DNA from: Octopus bimaculoides
Lineage: Eukaryota
Assembly: GCF_001194135.2 (NCBI RefSeq)
Contig: NC_068982.1
Span: 17,990,424-18,030,628 of the forward strand
Direction of reading: 5' to 3'
DNA length: 40,205 nt
Shown in pieces: positions 23,052-36,276 of the stretch. Below the pieces are notes generated by a model. The model was not told the DNA's origin and made no database searches. It was given only the letters and a program-made list of their open reading frames with translations. Position numbers and translations under genes: made by a program. Position 1 is the first letter of the stretch. Each line of letters begins with the position of its first letter.

Positions 23052-23190
23052 TGGTTATCTGCTGGATTGGACGTTTCACCGAATCGGGGCTATTGCTCGT
23101 TAGATTCATTGTGTTGATATTAGGGAGAGTGTTCAACGAAAACATTTCTGAGTCTGTGTTGGGGACTGAGGAATGGTTATATTTATCCAT
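23052..23190 (-). CDS. Candidate exon MDKYNHSSVPNTDSEMFSLNTLPNINTMNLTSNSPDSVKRPIQQIT
   Basis: Open frame ending at a consensus donor CCA|GTGAGT. No homology recognised. Confidence 0.2.
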
Positions 23191-23959
23191 CCGTATATAC
23201 TGTCAATACTTCCGATAATGTAATGTGATTCAGACAAATATATACCATAAATCCAACAAGAAGATAATCTTAAAAATAAAATTTTATATGGTTAGATTGA
23301 TATATATGATGAGAAGAAAATGAGAAAATCCTTAATTCTAAGTACAAAGAATCTGCGGTAGTAGAACATCGATGCTAGGGACCTGTGAGATTAACGAAAA
23401 GATTAACACAGAATTTCAATGATGAAATGTTTATAAACTGGAAAATGAAGCCTCTTGGGTCGATAGAATTAGATGCATGCCATTTGAATATATGGCTTAT
23501 AGAGCTACGATGGAAAATGCAAGACAAATTTGACCCTGACAAATTTTGAAATAGCAGCTCTCTAAGGTAATCGAATTATGTAACATAAAATTATCACTAA
23601 CCACTGATAGAACAGCTCACACTCTGGCTCGTTATAGCCGATTAGCAGTCGAACGCTACTCAAAGCGTATCCCGCAGTTTAAAAATTGTTAAGAACACAG
23701 TAGGTAATATTGTAGTATATTAGGGACAAAAGGCAAAATTGTAATGGTTCGACCTCATTAAATCATTGGTGTAATTGATCTAAGTATACGTAAGTTTAAC
23801 CCTAAATCCAGTATGAAATACTGAGAACAATTCCAAGTACTGTGCTATAATTTCCCAATATAGTTTTTCTTTATTAGTTTACAGTACTAGATTATTGTGG
23901 TGCCATTCATAAATCAGAACTAAGACTAAATAGTTGGGCATCTGCTCTAAGGGTAGAAG

Positions 23960-24286
23960 CTTCCTTCGGTCATGAATGACCATGGAATTGCACCTAGCAA
24001 GTTATCCTCTTAGACACAAGTCCGGGCAAAGTTGTTTATAGAAGACCAGCAGTTTCCCATGCATACCAGCTTCTCTTCTCTGCCTCACAGATGTTATCCA
24101 AGGGAAAGGCTGCTACAGCTTTTGCAACAGAGACGTCGCAACACGTTTCCACAGCTGAGTGAACTTGAGCAACGTGAAATAATGTGAGCTGATCATGAAC
24201 GCAACACACAGCCCAGTACGGAAATTGAACTCACTACCTCATGATTGTGAGCCCGACGTTGTAACCATTGAGCTCTGTGTCTTCAC
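23960..24286 (-). mobile_element. SINE family C (tRNA-derived)
   Basis: Collinear with 28216-28548; A/B-box-like head on the minus strand (plus-strand GGAAATTGAAC, ACCATTGAGC). Confidence 0.85.
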
Positions 24287-24510
24287 ACATCTACACTACA
24301 TATATATTTGAACATCTGTCACATTATATTTTATTACACTACGGAAGCAACAAAAGAAAATTTGAAATTAGAGATATCTTTTATATTCAATACACAGCCT
24401 GGCTAACACCACTAGCTGACTCCTGGTTGTCTCTTATGCAAAAATTCAAATTAAGTCTGAGGGACCTCCAGTATCGCAAAATCTTTCTTGCCATTGTCAT
24501 TGAAGTAGTC

Positions 24511-24705
24511 ATTGTTTAATACATTCATCTCTGGCTCAGGAGACATATGAACAAAGACGTATCACCAGAGCCATTTTTTACCTTTTAGCGTTACTTTCGA
24601 ATACAAAGTGAACTATAGTCTTTCTAGTTTCTCCTAACAGTACGGTGGGATTTGAAGAAATGTTGGCAGCCATTTCTAGCCATCAAATGACGACTTAGGG
24701 GTTCC
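24511..24705 (+). repeat. Repeat family E copy, decayed
   Basis: ACGGT.GGATTTGA..TTGGCAGCCATTTCTAGC core. Confidence 0.55.
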
Positions 24706-24711
24706 ATAGTT

Positions 24712-24729
24712 TAGTAGTAGTAGTAGTAA

Positions 24730-24789
<60 letters not shown>

Positions 24790-24810
24790 CAGCAGCAGCA
24801 GCAGCAGCAA
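24712..24810. repeat. (TAG)n grading into (CAG)n trinucleotide array
   Basis: Read directly. Confidence 0.95.
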
Positions 24811-25490
24811 CAACGCCAGTGGTAGTTGTAGACGATAACCTACTCTTTAAAATATTACACAGCATGCCATGGCTTTTGTTATCCTCCACCATAAATTGTT
24901 TATGCATTGATAGTGTGTCTGATATCTTCTTGTAGAGCATATTCAATTAAATCCCATCTCTTGTACTTGGCCGGGACTTATTTTATTAATCTGCGGAAAA
25001 ATACGTATCGACCCTGGCAAAATAGCAAAACTGTTTATAAAATGGAACGAAACTAAAATGACTTTGTTTTCTTTTTTTTTTCTTTTCAAATCACAATTCG
25101 CTGACTTCAAAAAGGACAGATTGAATAATGTATTCGGTGATATATTTTGCCTGGATATAAAGACTATAATACTCATGGCTAGATTGGATTTGATCATAGT
25201 TCTCTGCTGTCAGTCTTCATCTAAGGTTAATCCACAACATTCTCATTATCAACAACAATAACAATCGTATCAAAACAATTCAACATCAACAAACACACTT
25301 GAGATCAACAACGATAAAGCATAATAAATGAACGAAATTAAACTGATATAAAAAGATATAGAATAAATAAAGATAATATCGCCAAGTATAACAACATCTA
25401 CAGTGCAGCTGCTAAATTACACGACCTGCTAGAAATAGCAGTCTTCAAATATGAACAACACCGTGCTTGTCTTAGAAACTGATAAGTCGT

Positions 25491-25686
25491 TATTGCTGTA
25501 ATCTAGATCAGACAATTTGAGTTTAGATATGACCCTAGTATTTCTAGCTGGAAACATCCCTTTATCATGTGTGCCGAGAACCTAGGTACATTTTAATAAA
25601 AGCTTTCTTTTCTAAGACGGTAGGGTGTAATTTCAGACAGATTTGGTTGCTCTGTTTATCAGACTAAGCTAGACTTACTAGGAGCC
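25491..25686 (+). repeat. Repeat family E copy
   Basis: TAAGACGGTAGGGTGTAATTT..GATTTGGTTGCT core. Confidence 0.6.
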
Positions 25687-26073
25687 TAGAAAAGAACAAT
25701 ATGGTTCCGAATACACAAAGAAAGTACGGGATAATTCTGGGTAGATTATCTTTGATCATCGTGCTCCTGAATGCGGACCACTTTGTGATGAACATATGTT
25801 TTTAAACGCGTGCTTTTCTGTGCAGGAAAGGTAGAGGTTGAAGCGGCACCATCAGGATTAACAGTAGTAGCAATACGAAGAGTAGTTACAGTAAGACCGG
25901 CTGCAGAAGTAGCAGCAATTTCAGCTTCAATATCATGTGTCTGGCAATGTTCCTAATTCTACGCCATATCAGATGGAAAATCTAATTCCAATGAAGTTTT
26001 CATACGGAAATATTGGAAATGCTTGAGTGACTATCAATAATGTTGATATTATGTTGTTGTTCATATTGTTGAT

Positions 26074-26257
26074 ATTGATTAGCTCCAGGCCAGGCATGAT
26101 CGAATAAACGCAAGATCAAAGATATTCCAGATGTGAACATCTTGTTTTGGCTTCCAGGCATAGTCTATTTCAGAATGTATTATCCAATTTGTGAGAAGAG
26201 GGCGATTTGGGTGTTATTTCTAGCAGGTCGACTGACCACATAGACGGTTCTCCGTTG
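26074..26257 (+). repeat. Repeat family E copy
   Basis: TTAGCTCCAGG..GATCAAAG.TATTCCAG..ATTATCCAAT..GATTTGGGTGTTATTTCTAGCAGGTCG. Confidence 0.7.
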
Positions 26258-26807
26258 TTTTTCTTTTTTTATTTCTGCGACACAAATTTAATGTTGTAAG
26301 AGATTTAAATAAATAATCAAAACGTCTTCATTGTATTAATGGAAACAGCACTGACGCTATTCTATAGCCATAGGTCAAACCTAAATCGCCCGACAGATGA
26401 TAGACAAGATTTCATTGATTATCATCCGGTCATTTTAGAACAATGGCACATTAGGACATCCAATGAATCTTTTCCATGTACAAGATAACAGGGTAAGATT
26501 TTAGAATGATTTGATAATCATTTCAAGCAGTTCGGTTAGCAACATAGAGACTCCCTTGTAATCGACTTTGATGCGATGAAAAATAAAGTCGCAACACGTG
26601 GGATTCGAACTAGAAAGGTATTAATAAATGATTACAGCATGTAGCGCTTACTTTACCATCACTTTGCAATTCATGTGACGGACCTGGTTATTTATCCCAC
26701 ACGCCACTATTGATAACCAGTCTTTTTACGATGTTAAAACCTGCTGTAACTATACTTGAAATGTAAAAAACTAGATCTAATGAAAAATAAAAAAAAATCT
26801 ACAAGTC

Positions 26808-27005
26808 AATGAGGGAGCATTTATGTGATCGTTCAGTTTCTTAGAAATAGCAGCCAAACCATCCTTAAATAACACAGGCTGTTTTAAAATAAGAAAAAAA
26901 AAGGATACATTAAACAATACAGTCTTACATATGCCAGGATTATCTCAACTTGAATAACTCTGATTGTACGTCAAAGAAAACTGGGTTGAAGTGGAACTAA
27001 AACAC
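26808..27005 (-). repeat. Repeat family E copy, reverse
   Basis: TAGAAATAGCAGCCAAA..AAAGGATACATT is the reverse complement of the E core. Confidence 0.65.
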
Positions 27006-27009
27006 AAAC

Positions 27010-27031
27010 CTACTACTACTACGACTACTAA

Positions 27032-27119
<88 letters not shown>

Positions 27120-27120
27120 G
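27010..27120. repeat. (CTA)n trinucleotide array
   Basis: Read directly. Confidence 0.95.
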
Positions 27121-27149
27121 TTTGACCACTGCAGTACTATGCATATGTT

Positions 27150-27280
27150 GGCAGTGAATTGGCGGAATCGTTAGAGTGTCAGATGTACTACTTGGCGGTG
27201 TTTGTTCCGCCTCTCTGAAATAGAATCTCGCAGGGATCAACCGTGGCTTTCATGATATCAGAGTTAATAAATTAAGTATA
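27150..27280 (+). mobile_element. SINE B, decayed
   Basis: TGGCGGAATCGTTAG head; TAATAAATTAAGTA. Confidence 0.5.
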
Positions 27281-27484
27281 AACACAATCCTCAGGGTGAT
27301 TCCTCGCGTCACGCTGATTCTGCCTGGTTACACTCATTCGCTTACTCGTTAATCACACATTAAATTCAAGTGCAATGATCAAACTACTCAATATTCATCG
27401 TGGAAACTGACAGAGAATCTACATTCATATCTTACGAGAAATGTTTATCTACAAATTGCCATACCTCAATGTTCTGATTGCCTC

Positions 27485-27660
27485 TAAGACGGCAAGCTGG
27501 AAGAATCGTTAGCAGACCGGACAAAACGCTTAGCATGTTTTCTTGCTCTACAAGCCGAGTTAAAATTCCGCCGAGGTCGACTTTGCCTTTTATCTTATCG
27601 GGGTCGATGAAATAAGTACCCGAGGTCAATGCAACTGATTAACACTTTGCCATTAAAACT
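27485..27660 (+). mobile_element. SINE B copy
   Basis: AAGACGGCAAGCTGG.AGAATCGTTAGC..AAATTCCGCCGAGGTCGACTTTGCCTTT..GGGGTCGAT.AAATAAGTACC. Confidence 0.85.
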
Positions 27661-28215
27661 GTAGGCAGAAAACTGTGGGCATTAAAACGATAGCAAAAAA
27701 AAAAAATTGACTACATCTGGGGTTAATGAATTGTCAGAAAATATGGACTGTAGGTTTTGCTGTATTTCATTAACTTTGTTTTCGTTCTGAACTCATATCC
27801 CACTCGCATCAGCATTGTTTTCTCGTTCTTAGGTCGATAAAACAAATATACAACACGTAGTAGAGTCGATAAAATCAAATCATCTCATTGATTCAAAATT
27901 TTAGAATATTTATTTAGATTTTCGTCAGTCAGTATTTAGTCTTTATCCAGAGAAATATTGTGACAGATACACTTAAAAGTACTTGAGCGTAATACTTTAA
28001 TTATGACGCTTCACGAACAGTTTTCGAGTCCTGTTACGCTTGATTTTGTTTGTCAACTGTCGGAATTCAACGCAATACTTCGCACGAATCAATGCCTTTT
28101 GTTTTTTTGGCCCAACATTTATCTTGTTTGATTACACCTATGACTGAAATTCTTGGAGCTTCGAACATCCCGTTTTTTTGTTGTATTGGGAATCCAGTAT
28201 CTCATTAAAGCGTAA

Positions 28216-28548
28216 AAAGAAACCCTTTGGTCATGAATGGCCACCGGATTGTACCTAGAAAGTTACCCTCCGAGGCACAAGTTCGGGCAAGGTTGTCTAT
28301 GGAAGATCAGCAGTTGGCCATGCATGCCTCCCCTCTCCACGTCACCGATGTTATCCAAGAGAAAGGCAAAGGACGATACAGCTTGGCACCTGTGACATCG
28401 CAACTCATTTCTACAGCTTAGTGAACTGCAGCAACGTGAAATAAAGTGTCTTGCTCAAGAACACAACACACAGCCCAATCCAGTCCGGAAATCGAACTCA
28501 CTACCTCATGATCGGGAGCCCGACGCTGTAACCACTGAGCAAAGCACG
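28216..28548 (-). mobile_element. SINE family C (tRNA-derived)
   Basis: Minus-strand head GCTCAGTGGTTACAGCG..GTTCGATTTCC; CTTGAGCAAGACACTTTA CORE-like motif; collinear with 23960-24286. Confidence 0.88.
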
Positions 28549-28571
28549 TACCCATTTATATCAATACACTT

Positions 28572-28621
28572 TCAAGTCGGTAGGGTGTGATTTAAAGAAA
28601 ATATAACTACTATTTCTAGCA
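28572..28621 (+). repeat. Repeat family E core fragment
   Basis: CGGTAGGGTGTGATTT..CTATTTCTAGC. Confidence 0.55.
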
Positions 28622-28780
28622 TGCATTACAACAACATACAACAATCTGTAGATATTGGTTCAATATTTTGGCCTTGTACCGAAGTTAGAAATCAATGTTG
28701 CTCATATTTTTTTCCGTAGAAATCTCTGTAAGACATTTGAAGAAATCAATTGGAAATTTTTATTTTAGTTTATAACAGAC

Positions 28781-29164
<384 letters not shown>

Positions 29165-29609
29165 GCATATTAACAATACATCAATCAATCACTGCATCAA
29201 AACGATTAGAGAGCAACATGAAGATTACAGTTTCCAACTCTGTAACATCGATGTTCTTTCATTTGCCTCTAAACATTATTTCTTGGGTAATGTATCTCGT
29301 GTGTAGAATTTTTTAGAATTGGAAGAACTGATGAATTGTTAAAGCAATGATCCGATTATACGTGCACATTGTTGAAATTAGAACTAAAGGAATCGATTAT
29401 GACCGGCCGTCTTTTAGTAAGATGTAAAATATTGAACTCTCTATTATCGAAAATTTTCTAAAAATGGTGTTATTTGTGAGGGATCTAGCTGTTTCTTTTT
29501 CTTGAAATAACAATCTCATTTATTGATTCCCTGTGTACGCCGCAATTACACCGACGCTTGATTTATTAATACATCAGGATCTGTCATCTGTGCTTTTATT
29601 GTTTTATTG

Positions 29610-29750
29610 TGGAGCATATGTCTAGTAGTCTAAGCCTTATAAATGTTGCGGTGGTCATCTAACCTCAACTCATCCGTTACTGAACAAATATTTAGTTTAA
29701 TACGTACTTCCTTCGTGATATTTGGCTGCTATCTCTAGCAGGTGAAGCAA
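29610..29750 (+). repeat. Repeat family E copy, decayed
   Basis: ATTTGGCTGCTATCTCTAGCAGGT core. Confidence 0.55.
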
Positions 29751-30164
29751 CTAGTTAAGCATCCAATATTTACTCATTCTGTGTGCCAGTGGGAGAAACT
29801 TGTAAACTTTTATATAAACCACAAATGTCCCTGAGAAAGGCATCCAAGTCACAGAATCTTATTCATTCCGGTCACTTTCTGTAAACTTTCGTCCTTGTTT
29901 CTAAGTAAAAAAAAATCAATATTTCATCGGTTGCTATTCAATAATCTCTTCAGATAATCAACCACAACCGTAGTAGCAACTGTAGTGGAATTTAAGCTAG
30001 GAACTCCAGGAATAATATTAGCATTAACCTCAGTAACACTTATGATAATATTGATATTCGAAGAAGCAATAGTGCCGATGTCAATATTCAGATAAACACC
30101 CAGTACACAGCACGTACTCGTTGTTATACAGCAGTGACTCAAATGAGCCAAAGAGAAGAAAAGT

Positions 30165-30347
30165 GCGGTCGATAGACCTGTTAGAAATAACAACCAAATG
30201 CCTTTCAAATTACGCACAACTGTTTTTAGAAAAGAACAGTAGGACATATTGGATAATGTTGGGCGTGATAAACTATGTTTATTGGTAATGACAACATTTC
30301 AAACGAGGTTTGTTCCACCAGGCTTGCCCTTGGTCTAAACAGCAGCA
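30165..30347 (-). repeat. Repeat family E copy, reverse
   Basis: GACCTGTTAGAAATAACAACCAAAT..ATTGGATAATG..GGTCTAAACAGCAGC. Confidence 0.68.
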
Positions 30348-30449
30348 CTAATGGAAATGATTTAGTTATAAATATCACGATACCTGCTTTATATTGCCTC
30401 TGTCTACTATTCTAATATATTCATGTCTAAAATAAACATAAGGTGATGC

Positions 30450-30600
30450 ATTAAGTCGATTATGTAATTAGCATTACCTTGACAAATACTTACATCGATC
30501 ATAGAAACATGAAATTAAAACCTACCTTCGATGAACCCAGAGGATCGAACTAAATAGTCCAAGGTATTTACATAATCGCTCTAACGATTTTGCCAATTTC
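30450..30600 (-). mobile_element. SINE B, very decayed
   Basis: TTAAGTCGATTA..CTAACGATTTTGCCA. Confidence 0.4.
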
Positions 30601-31835
30601 CTTTCTTTCTACCTATCTCCTTCTCAACTAACATGCAATATCACTATTAATCTCGCACGACTGGCTATCAAAACGTACCATGATCATCTAAATCCATTTT
30701 TCGTGTCCACGTTGTTGCGATTAGACATAGATATAATTCCGAACACACTTCAAACCCCAACGGGACTTTCAATAGATAACAAGCTGGAAGGAGAAAGACT
30801 TATCGTCCCAATACTTGATTAAACATTGATTTCATCGATTCAATACATGACCTCGATGTAATTTAAACATAGTAGGTGTAAATGTAAGACATCATGGTTC
30901 CTGCTATTTAACATATCCTAGCAAAGAATATCTTAATTTTTCCTATCTATATTTTTTTCTTCTTTTGACAAGCACAGATGTCAGGTATTGAATCCACTCT
31001 AATATTGTGAAAGGCAACCTCAGCCACTCCGAAATTCGAAATCGAATATCACAAGATATTTAGCTTGTAACTCTACTAGATATTTCAGCATACCATCTAC
31101 CCTTTTGTAAATTCACAAGAGCCAGACAGGGTTTATATTTTTTTAAATATTTTGCCTCATCGTAGTCTACTAAAATACAGACGGAAAATATTTTGGTTTG
31201 AGACTTTCATTACATTCCTACACAAAAATCGGTCTCGCTATTATTCGATAGATATTCATATATATTAAAGATTTAGAGAATGGTAAAGTGTGAGTTCCAA
31301 GAAACATTTGAATTCTAGAATTTGTGTATATTCTATACTCTGTTATCTAAATTGAAATTCTACTTCGGCCGACTCGAAACTACTTGTTATACGAAGCTGA
31401 TTTAATCAATACTTACCAATTCCCTGCAGGTAAGTATAGAATAATGCTGAACTATTCTGTAGTCAGAACAATTGAATACATTCTTCAGAAAAAGCATCTT
31501 GTTATCTTTCGCTGGTAATATTTAGTTACTTCATAAGATAAACAATAGATAATTGAATGTTGTATATTATTGTTTTAGAGAAAACATACAATTAATGTTT
31601 CAAATGCTATAGACGTACATTTTGCTACATACAGAAGTTAAAATAATGCCGCCTGCATTTACATACGATTACAACAAATACATTAAACGTTATAATTATT
31701 AATAATAAGGACATTGCATTTTGCAAAGGCAGCAAAACACATACTTATAGGAGATAAAGAATGGAATACAACTGATGTATCTACCTTCCTTCGAAATCCA
31801 TAGATTGTTACAATATCTCATATTTGTGATATCAA

Positions 31836-31975
31836 AAGTGGTGAGTTGATGAAATTGTTAAAGCGTCAGAAGAAATACCTTGTGATATTTAATCCGGTCT
31901 TTACGTCTGTGTTCAAAATGCTTGTCATATTCCCAGGGTCAATAAAATACAATATTAGGCAAGTACTGGGTAGAC
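31836..31975 (+). mobile_element. SINE B, very decayed
   Basis: GTGGTGAGTTG..TTGTTA..GGGTCAATAAAATA..GTACTGGG. Confidence 0.4.
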
Positions 31976-33149
31976 AGTTCAAATTTATTCACCATCAATT
32001 TTCTGCTTTCTACCCAAATCGGTAGCAATTAAGTTTCCATCGCGTATAACTCCTCTGCACTCGTGAAACTGTGATCGAGTTTACATTACTTCATGGTTCA
32101 GTCTAAATCTCTGGATGAAATTGTGTTTTTGAGAGATTCAAGATATTACCCACAAAATGATATGATTGCTTTAATTAATCTGAATAGTAATAATCTCATT
32201 ATTTTTGTGCTTCTATAATAATAGATTTGGAGCATTAGGGTAAGGGACATGTTCTCGGCAAGTAATCATTTCAACAAAGTTGCAATGTTATGTAGTTGTT
32301 TCACTTCCCATTCACTGCAAACTTATATTTGGAGATACCTGAATTTTACAATTTATTTCCCCATTTCATAACATAAAGCATCTTCATATAAAAACAAACA
32401 TTTCTCTTTGGGCTGGTTCGGACTCCGTCAATTTACAACCTAATGTGTGAACTAAAAGGAAGTAAATATGTCGTGCAAGTTACAATATGGTCTGTTATAA
32501 TTATGATATGGTCACGTTGTTTAATTAGAACTACAAAACTGGAGCTTACTTGGCACTAAACAAGAACAATAATTATTATTTTCCCCGTTTGTAGTATGCC
32601 TTTGCGTACGATTATTCAGCTTGTTCTCATTGAAAGATTTTAGCAAAATATGTGGCATATTCATTATATTTTCTCCATGATGTATGATTGACAGAATCGG
32701 TATATGAATGGGAACAAATGCTCTACAGCGTAAAATTACGGATTTTACCTTTTATGGCTCAAATTCCTGCAAGAACAATATTTAGGTATCGTGATTCCGA
32801 AGACGTAAAATAAATTACAAGAAAAGTATTGCAGGTTGATTTATTCGATAAATCCTTTCCACCAAATATATGGACCGTGATTATATTACTAAGGATTATG
32901 TAAAAAGAGTCTATATCAAAAACGTAATAGTTCTTCGAAACAATCTTGTACTTGTATTCCTTTTATCATTTCTTAAAACAGAAAAGGAAAACCAATAATG
33001 GGCCGGCAGTTTATGGGTATCCTGATTCTACAGTCACAAAAATGAGATTCCACATGAAGTTCTCATTTATACGTTGCTATTTCTGGTTAGATCAGGTTCA
33101 TAGGGGAGTCGAATAAAACAGTCTAGTCTACCCGTGTCAACTTCTGGCT

Positions 33150-33350
33150 GTTTGAGAAATTTTCTGCTGGTATCACCACTATATTTAGCATCGGCTCTTT
33201 ACGGTCGGGCTTCAAATTCCGCTGAGGTCTGCTTCTCCTTTTATCCTTTGCAAATCACTAAAATAAGTAGCACTTGAAGAATAATGGAATCGATGTAACC
33301 AGCCTCCTGACCCCCTTAAAAAATTGTCAGGCTTTTGCCAAAGTTCGAAA
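33150..33350 (+). mobile_element. SINE B, decayed
   Basis: TTCAAATTCCGCTGAGGTC..CTTTTATCCTTT..AAAATAAGTA..TCGATGTAA..CCAAAGTTCGAAAC. Confidence 0.6.
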
Positions 33351-34117
33351 CGATGAATAAAATATTTAACTTGTTACTTTGATAACTGGGTACAGGTAGA
33401 TTCTTTGGAAATATTTATTTACAATCTTTCAAAGGTATTGAAACAGTGCTGTCAACAATGCTGGGTTTTGTCATAATTAGGACAAGACGAGGAAAAGTTG
33501 AACGAGGTGTACGAAATAAAAATGGTAGCGTTAAGAATATATGCATATATCATATTTACTAGTGTTCTTACGTACGTGAGGAATCCTTCAGAAGATATAA
33601 GATGGGCATTTTATTGAGAAATAATATTTGAATATATATAATTTACAAGCAGATGGCTAAATGCAGATGTAGTTCCTTTTTCGCCCTCAAAATCACTGAC
33701 TCACACAATCATGCAATGACAAGCATTCTTCCAATGTATATCTGAAAGACAGACACATATCATACACAATTACATACATGTGATATATATATATGTATGT
33801 ATATACTACAACATGTACACACGCACATTGACTCTGAATGATTGTGAATGACCTCCAAATTTCGCACCATTACGCATTTGTTTTTTTTTCTGAATCTCAT
33901 GGAAAAAACAATACGTAGAATTCACTGTTCTGATGGGAGGAGCTAAATCATTGGTGCTAGCAAAGACTACTAAAAATGGAAAGAAATTAGTGGGGCGAAG
34001 TTAACAAACGTGATGAGAGATGTTAAAGATGATCGCTAAATGTGTGGGTGTACGATTTATTTTCGGTTAAAAGCAATCACGAGTATTGAGATGCGTACGT
34101 GATTATAATCAATAATT

Positions 34118-34506
34118 ATTAATTAACGGATTGACCTCTTAGTAGATAACGTTTAGTATTATGTGCTTTTCATATAAAGTTAACGTTAGATGTTAGATTT
34201 TCGGAAAATATAGTGATTTTATTAACATAGATGTTAAGTGTATATTTCCAATGTTTATTTACTGTGGGTGGAAATAATCTGTAATATAAATATTAAAATG
34301 ACTGTGTGTTAATGATATTCATTAATTAACAAATTGCCCTCTTAGTAAATAGTGATTAGTTATATGTGCGTTTTATACAAAGTTAACGTTAGATGTCGGA
34401 TCTTAGGAAAATATAATGAATTTGATAATATAGATGTAAAGTAATATTTTTGAAATGTTTATTTATAGTAGGTGGAAATAATCTGTAATATAAATAAAAT
34501 GACTGT
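34118..34506. repeat. Diverged tandem duplication, period about 203 bp
   Basis: ATTAATTAAC at 34118 and 34321; shared AAAGTTAACGTTAGATGT and GGTGGAAATAATCTGTAATATAAAT. Confidence 0.9.
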
Positions 34507-34795
34507 CTTTTAATTGTAAAATATTAAATACAACTACCATCGTGGTTGGAAGAACGAGTGATACTGTTTTAGTATTTTGTGTACGGAGGTTTGCTATCTA
34601 GTAGTATGCGAATAAATAGATTTTTGTGTAACATCTGAGCAGGATATAAGATAAAACTTGGGTCTAAAATTAAAGTTTTAAATCTCTCATTAAAATGGTT
34701 AAATCATTTAAAATAATATATAGGGAGATATATCCCTATAATGCACTATATATTTATATATATATCCCTATATATATATATATATATATATATAT

Positions 34796-35721
34796 NNNNN
34801 NNNNNNNNNNNNNNNNNNNNNNNNNNNNNNNNNNNNNNNNNNNNNNNNNNNNNNNNNNNNNNNNNNNNNNNNNNNNNNNNNNNNNNNNNNNNNNNNNNNN
34901 NNNNNNNNNNNNNNNNNNNNNNNNNNNNNNNNNNNNNNNNNNNNNNNNNNNNNNNNNNNNNNNNNNNNNNNNNNNNNNNNNNNNNNNNNNNNNNNNNNNN
35001 NNNNNNNNNNNNNNNNNNNNNNNNNNNNNNNNNNNNNNNNNNNNNNNNNNNNNNNNNNNNNNNNNNNNNNNNNNNNNNNNNNNNNNNNNNNNNNNNNNNN
35101 NNNNNNNNNNNNNNNNNNNNNNNNNNNNNNNNNNNNNNNNNNNNNNNNNNNNNNNNNNNNNNNNNNNNNNNNNNNNNNNNNNNNNNNNNNNNNNNNNNNN
35201 NNNNNNNNNNNNNNNNNNNNNNNNNNNNNNNNNNNNNNNNNNNNNNNNNNNNNNNNNNNNNNNNNNNNNNNNNNNNNNNNNNNNNNNNNNNNNNNNNNNN
35301 NNNNNNNNNNNNNNNNNNNNNNNNNNNNNNNNNNNNNNNNNNNNNNNNNNNNNNNNNNNNNNNNNNNNNNNNNNNNNNNNNNNNNNNNNNNNNNNNNNNN
35401 NNNNNNNNNNNNNNNNNNNNNNNNNNNNNNNNNNNNNNNNNNNNNNNNNNNNNNNNNNNNNNNNNNNNNNNNNNNNNNNNNNNNNNNNNNNNNNNNNNNN
35501 NNNNNNNNNNNNNNNNNNNNNNNNNNNNNNNNNNNNNNNNNNNNNNNNNNNNNNNNNNNNNNNNNNNNNNNNNNNNNNNNNNNNNNNNNNNNNNNNNNNN
35601 NNNNNNNNNNNNNNNNNNNNNNNNNNNNNNNNNNNNNNNNNNNNNNNNNNNNNNNNNNNNNNNNNNNNNNNNNNNNNNNNNNNNNNNNNNNNNNNNNNNN
35701 NNNNNNNNNNNNNNNNNNNNN
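34796..35721. other. Assembly gap flanked by (TA)n
   Basis: Run of N. Confidence 1.
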
Positions 35722-36276
35722 NTATATATATATATATATGTATGCATATCCCTATAATACATTATATTAACTTCAGAATCAAACACTGCCTTAACTTTAA
35801 AGCAGAAAGGAGGTATAAAACAAAAGTATTCGCGTCGCTTATTCCTATTAGACCCTCGAAAGGATTTAAAATGAGGGCAAGTATTTTGAGAAAAAAACAT
35901 CTATACTTTTCTATAGGCTTATAGGAAGTAGTCCAGGATGTTTGGTAGTTGTCGGGACAGGCGGGACAGGCGATTGGCGATAATATTACGCATAGGGAAA
36001 GAACATTTACCAGAGGACCCATGAAAACGAAAGTCATAAGTAATTAACCCATAAAGTGCTGGGATTTGCACTTACATAACATGGACTGCTGAGCACATTT
36101 TATGAAAATGAGACAACCATACACACATAAAAAGCAAAACAAATATTAAAATATCTCCTTAGTATATAGTGGTGGCAAGTTTTACATAATCTGAAAAGTC
36201 ATTAGTTGAACTATTAGTCCTCTTGCATTCTAGGAGGTATTGGAGCGTTGATGCTCATAAATTAAATGCATCTATC

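Noticed and set aside
24695-24946. Poly-Thr/Ala mucin-like ORF
   Set aside because: Derived from the (TAG)n/(CAG)n array and runs into repeat E.
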